DNA from: a virus
Taxonomy: Duplodnaviria > Caudoviricetes
Length of the DNA: 29,997 nt
IMG/VR virus record: IMGVR_UViG_3300032328_000745
Span: 1-29,997 of that record
Strand: one strand, 5' to 3'
A program made the translations under genes and the position numbers. Below, one piece after another: positions 24,630-29,997 of this stretch (positions within the stretch are counted from its first letter, which is position 1; the number at the start of each line of letters is the position of its first letter). The notes beneath the pieces are model-generated. The model did not search any database, was not told the origin of the DNA, and saw only the letters and a program-made list of their open reading frames with translations.

Positions 24630-25313
24630 ATGAAACTAAGCGAAAAAAGAAACAGTAATTTCACTCCGCATCCCGAAACCGATGGCCCGATCAAGGCCGT
24701 GCTGGTGGACATTACGGAGCTGAAAAAGAGGGTCACGCAATACGGCGAGAAGGACGAGTTCCGGCTCGTGTTTGAAACCGAGTGTGAGGACGAAGAGAAC
24801 GACCGCCCATTCTGCATCTGGAGCCGTGGCTACACGCCCAGCCTCAACGAGAAGGCAGCCTTGAGGAAAGACCTCAAGAAAATGATGGGCCGCGACCTGA
24901 CCCAGCTTGAACTCGATGAGTTCGATATGGAGAGCCTCATCGGTCACGGCGTGAAGCTTATCATCCAGCATGAGCACAAGGACGACAAGACCTACGCGAA
25001 CATCTCGTTCATGGCGCCGGACAAGGACAAGGCGTTGAAGCCATCCGGCAAATACATCCGCGTGCGCGACCGCGACACCGACGCACCTACTGAGCAGACT
25101 GAGGCGAATGCGGAGAAATCCGGCTGGGAGTCGGTCGTGGTGCATGTCGGTAAATACAAGGGCAAGAAGCTGGGCGAGGTTGACGAAGTCGGCGTAGGCA
25201 GCCTAATCGACAAGTGGCTACCAAAGGCCAAGGCCGACGGCAAGGCGGACGACGCTGCGCTTGTGGCTGCGTTAACCGAGCTTGACGGCATCCTCAACGG
25301 CGAAGACTACTGA
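24630..25313 (+). CDS. Putative single-stranded DNA-binding/replication protein (NGO0469-like phage family)
   Basis: SLNEKAALRKDLKKMMGR...FDMESLIG...KTYANI motif; acidic C-terminus. Confidence 0.65.
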   Translation: MKLSEKRNSNFTPHPETDGPIKAVLVDITELKKRVTQYGEKDEFRLVFETECEDEENDRPFCIWSRGYTPSLNEKAALRKDLKKMMGRDLTQLELDEFDMESLIGHGVKLIIQHEHKDDKTYANISFMAPDKDKALKPSGKYIRVRDRDTDAPTEQTEANAEKSGWESVVVHVGKYKGKKLGEVDEVGVGSLIDKWLPKAKADGKADDAALVAALTELDGILNGEDY

Positions 25314-25340
25314 TCTCCGGGACAAGTGCTTGCATGGCAC

Positions 25341-25374
25341 GCCTCACCCTGCGCGACGCGGGGTGGGGTTTTCT
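25341..25374 (+). terminator. Probable intrinsic terminator
   Basis: 13-bp stem GCCTCACCCTGCG / CGCGGGGTGGGGT (with G-U pairs), followed by a short TTTCT tail. Confidence 0.55.
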
Positions 25375-25394
25375 GGGCGAGAGAACCAACCGCC

Positions 25395-25865
25395 ATGCCA
25401 ACCATCGCCGAAATCATCGCCGCCAAAAAAGCCGCAGCCAAGCCACCGGCCGCCGCACCACCCGCAGCCCATCACGACCCCATGCTCGAGGCCGCCATTG
25501 ATCGCATCGACCCGCCCGCGGCGGGAAAGCGCCGGGCGGGGCTGGTCTTGAGCACCAAGACCCCGCTGCAACCTGCGGAGGCGGCCACCAAGGCGCACCA
25601 CGCCGCGCTCAGGAGCCTTTCGCAGCCGGAGGGGGAGGCAATCCCACTGACGCCCTGCAACGCCTCCAGAGAGGTCGAGACGTGGCACGAAGCGATGAAC
25701 TCATTCGAATCGCAGCTCTGCGCGATGCGCGATCCGCTGGATTCGGACGTGGTCTGGCTGGCGATCCGGGCCGACCGCGACGGACTGCCGCCAATCCTCA
25801 TCCATCGCCTCCCCTGGACGCTCTGGGACTACCCTCACGCACCGACGGACCGCCAACCATTCTGA
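25395..25865 (+). CDS. Hypothetical protein (Ala/Pro-rich N-terminus)
   Basis: ATG 25395 after the terminator (MPTIAEIIAAKK...). Confidence 0.65.
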   Translation: MPTIAEIIAAKKAAAKPPAAAPPAAHHDPMLEAAIDRIDPPAAGKRRAGLVLSTKTPLQPAEAATKAHHAALRSLSQPEGEAIPLTPCNASREVETWHEAMNSFESQLCAMRDPLDSDVVWLAIRADRDGLPPILIHRLPWTLWDYPHAPTDRQPF

Positions 25866-26032
25866 GCATCCGCCAGGCACTGATTGAGCGAGCCGCAAAA
25901 GCCCGCGAGCGCGTCACGCCACCGAACCACTGCGCACACTGCCACAAATACCACTGCCGCCTCCTGCTGAGCCACTGCTGCATCTGCACCGGCCACATCA
26001 GCCAAGACGCGCCCAGACCATTCTCCAAATAA
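25862..26032 (+). CDS. Small Cys/His-rich (zinc-binding-like) peptide; start uncertain, possibly CTG
   Basis: HCAHCHKYHC...HCCICTGH fills the gap between two genes; in-frame CTG overlaps the upstream TGA. Confidence 0.4.
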   Translation: MSIRQALIERAAKARERVTPPNHCAHCHKYHCRLLLSHCCICTGHISQDAPRPFSK

Positions 26033-26040
26033 ACAAAAAT

Positions 26041-26316
26041 ATGACCTACATACTAACCGACACCGAAGAAACAATTTGCCCGACAATGCCCGAAGAGGAT
26101 GCAAAATATGCAGCCATTGGTGAGACTTACAGCGAACTGGCAAAAGCCATCCTTGCAAGGAAGCTCCACACGCTTACTAGCCGCGAAGAAATCGAATGTC
26201 GCACAGCCGCTGGTGAGGATACCGGGCGCACCGGCTTTGACTGCAATTTGATTGATACCCTTGCGAATCAATTCTCCAGAGAAATCAAAAACTACCAAAA
26301 CCAACAAACAAAATGA
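26041..26316 (+). CDS. Hypothetical protein
   Basis: 91 aa, A-rich leader, ATGA overlap with the next gene. Confidence 0.65.
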   Translation: MTYILTDTEETICPTMPEEDAKYAAIGETYSELAKAILARKLHTLTSREEIECRTAAGEDTGRTGFDCNLIDTLANQFSREIKNYQNQQTK

Positions 26317-26486
26317 AAATACGACTAGAAACAACGCATTCAGAACCTAAATACAGCCACGCCGTCGAGATCACGGTGCATGAGGACAGCCACAATATCC
26401 ACGAGCTATGGGAGGACGTCATCGTGCCAGCCCTGCTCGGATTCGGATTTCTACAAGAAAACATCGATCAGATCAACCGACCATGA
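26313..26486 (+). CDS. Hypothetical protein, 57 aa (absent from the ORF track)
   Basis: MKIRLETTHSEPKYSHAVEITVHEDSHNIHELWEDVIVPALLGFGFLQENIDQINRP; ATGA overlaps at both ends. Confidence 0.7.
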   Translation: MKIRLETTHSEPKYSHAVEITVHEDSHNIHELWEDVIVPALLGFGFLQENIDQINRP

Positions 26487-27190
26487 ACACCACCGAACTA
26501 ATGCCGCTCATCCTCAACGGGGATGGCTACCAACTGACCATCTCGCCTGAGGCAGAAGCTCGCAAGGCTGAGATGCTGTCTGCGTCATCCGCGATCCAGA
26601 TCGTCGGAGACAACGACGAATCCGCCGTCGCACAGCGACACACCCGCCAGCTCGCCGCGATGCGGATCGAGGTGGAGAAGTCCCGCAAGCTCGTCAAGGA
26701 GCCGGTCAACCGCATCGGCAAGATGATTGACCAGGCTGCCGCCGAGTTCCTTGTCGAGATCACCGCAGAGGAAGGCCGCATCAAGCAGCTCGTCGGTCGC
26801 CACGCCGAGGAGGTGCTACGCATCAAGGCCGAGAAGGAGGCTGCCGAGCGTGCCGCGTTTGAGGCAGCCCGTGCCGCCCGTGAGGCCGCAGATGAGGGTG
26901 GCATCGCTGCCGTCCTTGCCGCCAAGAAGGCCGCTGCCGAGAAGCTAGAAGCCTCTAATGAGGTTGCCGCAACCAAGGTCGCCGAGGGCGTGCGGTTCGC
27001 CTGGGATTTTGAGGTTGATGACATCGCTGCGGTCTATCGTGTTGCGCCGGAGTTCGTGACGCTAGAGATCAAGCGCAGCGCCGTCCTCGCATGGTTCCGC
27101 GAGATGGAGCGTGCCGATCAAGACGTAGCAGCCGCCGCAGTTCTGGCCAACATCGACGCATTCAAAATCCCAGTCGTTTCGAGCCGATGA
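26483..27190 (+). CDS. Coiled-coil protein, Gp157/Mu Gam-like
   Basis: VEKSRKLVKEP...IDQ coiled coil, Ala/Glu-rich linker, C-terminal GVRFAWDFEV...PEFV; ATG 26483. Confidence 0.55.
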   Translation: MNTTELMPLILNGDGYQLTISPEAEARKAEMLSASSAIQIVGDNDESAVAQRHTRQLAAMRIEVEKSRKLVKEPVNRIGKMIDQAAAEFLVEITAEEGRIKQLVGRHAEEVLRIKAEKEAAERAAFEAARAAREAADEGGIAAVLAAKKAAAEKLEASNEVAATKVAEGVRFAWDFEVDDIAAVYRVAPEFVTLEIKRSAVLAWFREMERADQDVAAAAVLANIDAFKIPVVSSR

Positions 27191-27462
27191 GAGAGTCCAC
27201 CATCGAGCAGGCAGTCTGCGCCTACGCCAAGGCCAAGGGCTGCCTGAGCCTCAAGCTGTCCGGGCAGAACCAGAAAGGCCAGCCCGACCGCATGTTCCTC
27301 TACCATGGCCGCGTCCTGTTCATCGAGTTCAAGGCACCGGGCAAAAAACCAAGCGCGCTGCAAGCTCGATGGCTCGACCGCCTGACCGAACACGCGTTCG
27401 CCGCCACATCCTGTGACAACATCGAGGCGGGCAAGCGGCTGATTGACCTTATCACGCCATGA
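27187..27462 (+). CDS. VRR-NUC domain nuclease
   Basis: MRESTIE...GQPDR...FIEFKAPGKKPSALQ (PD-(D/E)xK); ATG 27187. Confidence 0.9.
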   Translation: MRESTIEQAVCAYAKAKGCLSLKLSGQNQKGQPDRMFLYHGRVLFIEFKAPGKKPSALQARWLDRLTEHAFAATSCDNIEAGKRLIDLITP

Positions 27463-27484
27463 CTTACCAACCAACTCCAAATCA

Positions 27485-27706
27485 ATGATAGTGAAAACAT
27501 CCAAGGATCTCCGCGCTGAGAGAAAACGAATGGAGGTAGAAATCAGACAGCTTCGGGCGGATGTAATCACCATGCGAGTGACGGCCAGCGACTATCTCAG
27601 AGCTGCCGTGCAGTATCAATGCTCTCCGTGGGATCTCCGGATCGTCAGGGCGTATGGCATCGCCAAGACGCGACTGGAGGAGGCTATTACCGCTAACACG
27701 CCATGA
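27485..27706 (+). CDS. Hypothetical protein
   Basis: 73 aa from ATG 27485; ATGA overlap with the helicase. Confidence 0.55.
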   Translation: MIVKTSKDLRAERKRMEVEIRQLRADVITMRVTASDYLRAAVQYQCSPWDLRIVRAYGIAKTRLEEAITANTP

Positions 27707-29076
27707 CCGAAACCTTCCGCCCGTTCGACTATCAGATCCCGATGGTCGAGCATCTACTCGCCAACGACCGCGCTGCCCTGTTCGTCTCACCCGGCAAAGG
27801 CAAGACGGTCGTGACGTTGACCGCGCTGGACACGCTCGCCACCTGCGGGCAGTTCAAAGGTGCGCTCATCGTCGCCCCGCTGCGCGTGTGCTCGATCACA
27901 TGGCCTGCGCAGGTAGCTCGGTGGGCGCATACCTCATGGATGCGGGTCGTAAACCTACGAACCGCCGAGGGGCTGCAAGCGTGGCTCGACGGCACCGCCG
28001 ACATCTACCTGATCAACTCCGAGCTGCTGCCGAACCGCCTGCCGCTGATGTTCCCGAAAAAAAAGACGTTCGTCTGCCCAGTCGATACCTTGGTCATTGA
28101 TGAACTCAGCCTTGCCAAAAACCCGCAGAGCAAACGCTTCAAGGCTCTCCACAAGCATCTGGGCGCCATCACCCGCCGCTGGGGACTGACCGGCACGCCG
28201 ATCCCGAACAACTACCTCGACCTTTGGATGCAGGTTAAAATGCTCGACGATGGCAAGCGGCTGGGTAAGACGTTCGCCAGCTACAAGGAGGAGCATTTCT
28301 ACGCCGCAGATTACATGGGTTACAATTTCAAGCTCATCACCGGCCAGAAAGAGATCATCGACCGCCGCCTCTCCGACCTCGCGCTGGTCATGGTCGGCGA
28401 TCCGTCCGAACTGCCATCCTCCTCGATCATAGACATACCGGCGACCATGCCGCCCGCCGCCCGCCGCCAATACAAAACGCTCGAAAAAGAGATGCTTGCA
28501 GAGATTGCCGATGGCGAGATTACCGCACCTTCCGCAGGCGTGCTGGTCAACAAGCTGCTCCAGCTCACTTCGGGCGCGGTCTATGACGAGGATCGCAACG
28601 TCCTACCCGTTCACGATGCCAAGCTCGACGCGCTGCGCAGCCTGCTCGACAAGCACAAGGGCGAGCCGGTCTTGATCCTCACGGCCTTCAAGCATGAATC
28701 CGCGCGCATCCTCGCCTCGATCCCAGAGGCCCGAATGTTCGATGAGCTGTTCCTCAGTGACTGGCAGGACGGTCGCATCCCGGTCTGGGTCGCCGATCCG
28801 CGCAGCCTGAGCCACGGCATCGACGGGTTGCAGAAGTCCTGCCGGATCGCGATATGGTGCAGCCTCACCTACTCTCACGAGACATACGTCCAGACCAATG
28901 CGAGATTGATCCGCACCGGCCAGACTGCCGAGACGATCATCTATCGCATCATCGCCCCTGGCACCATCGACGATGCGGTGGCCGAGGCTCTCCGCGACAA
29001 ATCCGACACCCAGACCGGTATGCTCCACGCCGTCCGCGCCCTCCAACGCATGACCCTCTCTAAAATAACACGATGA
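27703..29076 (+). CDS. SNF2-family (SF2) helicase
   Basis: FDYQ Q-motif, PGKGKT, VIDELS, LTGTP, HGIDGLQ, QTNARLIRTGQ. Confidence 0.92.
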   Translation: MTETFRPFDYQIPMVEHLLANDRAALFVSPGKGKTVVTLTALDTLATCGQFKGALIVAPLRVCSITWPAQVARWAHTSWMRVVNLRTAEGLQAWLDGTADIYLINSELLPNRLPLMFPKKKTFVCPVDTLVIDELSLAKNPQSKRFKALHKHLGAITRRWGLTGTPIPNNYLDLWMQVKMLDDGKRLGKTFASYKEEHFYAADYMGYNFKLITGQKEIIDRRLSDLALVMVGDPSELPSSSIIDIPATMPPAARRQYKTLEKEMLAEIADGEITAPSAGVLVNKLLQLTSGAVYDEDRNVLPVHDAKLDALRSLLDKHKGEPVLILTAFKHESARILASIPEARMFDELFLSDWQDGRIPVWVADPRSLSHGIDGLQKSCRIAIWCSLTYSHETYVQTNARLIRTGQTAETIIYRIIAPGTIDDAVAEALRDKSDTQTGMLHAVRALQRMTLSKITR

Positions 29077-29297
29077 CCGCCAAAGAACTCCACCACATGC
29101 CCAAAGCTCTCCGCATTCTCGCTGAGCAGATCCAAGCCCCAGACTACATCCCAGCGATGTGCCTGCGGGACGCTGCCTGCATGATTGAGTCGCTAGAGCT
29201 TGCCATCCGCACAACGATTGACGAAAACCTGCACCTCGCCGATGGCGATGACTGTACGCTCAAAAAGCTCATAGAAGCCATCGGCTACAATGACTGA
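29073..29297 (+). CDS. Hypothetical protein
   Basis: 74 aa, ATGA overlap; ENLHLADGDDCTLKKL. Confidence 0.65.
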   Translation: MTAKELHHMPKALRILAEQIQAPDYIPAMCLRDAACMIESLELAIRTTIDENLHLADGDDCTLKKLIEAIGYND

Positions 29298-29997
29298 CCC
29301 TCTCCAAAATATGACCACAACCACCATGCAACACCCCGAAATCGACTTTTACTCATCCGCCACGGCCTCGACCGCCACGGCGACAACCACCCTCTCCGAC
29401 CTGATCGACGCGATCCGCTCCGACGAGTTCGCCGCCAAGATCGCCCGGTTGCGCTCGACCCTCGCCGCCGGTGACGACGACGGCTACGCCGTAGCCAAGA
29501 AAGACCTGCAAGCCGTCAGTATTTCCGGCACAGCCGAGGGCAAACGCGCCAAGGCCATCGAGGAGGGCAGGTTCAGCCACAGCGGCCTGCTCCAACTCGA
29601 CTTCGACGCTGCCGACAACGTGGGCTGGACGGTCGAGGAGATCGTGGAGATCCTGCAAGCAGAGCCGCGCATCGTCGCCGCCTTCGTCTCGCCCAGCGGT
29701 CACGGCGTGAAGGGCATCGCCCGCATCCCCGTCTGCAAGACCAAGGACGAGCATGTGGCCGCGTTCGCCGCCGCCCGCAACCATTTCCGCGCCCACAACC
29801 TGACCATCGACGAGGCTTGCAAAGACCCCGTCCGCCTGATGTTCGTCTCCCACGATCCCGGCGCGTGGCTCGACCTCGACCGCACTGCCGTGTTTGAGAT
29901 GGACAAAAGTTCGGACACGAAAAACGCAAAAAAGCCCGCAATTGACCGCACATCGGGATTTAATACGGACAAAAATACGGACAAAAAGCCCGGCATC
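29290..29997 (+). CDS. Primase-like protein, BT4734/VirE N-terminal domain (partial, runs off window; absent from the ORF track)
   Basis: My translation shows KKDLQAVSISG, HSGLLQLDFD, FVSPSGHGVK and ACKDPVRLMFVSHDP; in-frame ATGs at 29290, 29311 and 29326; no stop before the window end. Confidence 0.85.
   Translation, partial: MTDPLQNMTTTTMQHPEIDFYSSATASTATATTTLSDLIDAIRSDEFAAKIARLRSTLAAGDDDGYAVAKKDLQAVSISGTAEGKRAKAIEEGRFSHSGLLQLDFDAADNVGWTVEEIVEILQAEPRIVAAFVSPSGHGVKGIARIPVCKTKDEHVAAFAAARNHFRAHNLTIDEACKDPVRLMFVSHDPGAWLDLDRTAVFEMDKSSDTKNAKKPAIDRTSGFNTDKNTDKKPGI

Larger units (their letters stand above)
1..29997 (+). mobile_element. Tailed dsDNA bacteriophage (siphovirus-like) genome segment
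   Basis: Co-oriented, tightly overlapping terminase-portal-protease-capsid-neck-tail-lysis-replication genes. No host housekeeping genes, integrase or att site seen in the window. Confidence 0.97.

Noticed and set aside
1-29997. Diversity-generating retroelement, integrase, or alternative genetic code
   Set aside because: No reverse transcriptase, template/variable repeat pair or integrase seen; genes are full length in the standard code and use all three stop codons.

Overview
The whole window is a segment of a tailed dsDNA phage (or prophage) genome with a lambda-like siphovirus layout, and every credible gene is on the + strand. Gene order: ParB-like protein and ABC-ATPase/GNAT fusion (probable DNA modification); terminase small and large subunits; gpW-like adaptor and lambda-type portal; ClpP-type prohead protease with a nested scaffold gene; major capsid protein; two glycosyltransferase genes carrying three GT-A domains; neck and tail genes, including a -1 frameshifted tail chaperone and a short tape measure; an SGNH-hydrolase tail fibre; lysis cassette; HExxH peptidase and metallophosphoesterase; then an early/replication block (SSB-like, Gp157/Gam-like, VRR-NUC, SNF2 helicase, BT4734-like primase cut by the window end). 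The most striking non-coding signal is a 12-bp motif, TTGACWTTCGCC, found five times and always 34-35 nt before the ATG of a structural gene. It reads as a -35 box, a 17-bp partly dyadic spacer, a degenerate -10 box (RANNCT) and only 5-6 nt to the ATG, which suggests a family of regulated, leaderless late promoters. One copy lies inside the protease gene and exposes a nested scaffold gene. Product calls come from motif recognition and gene order only; no searches were run.
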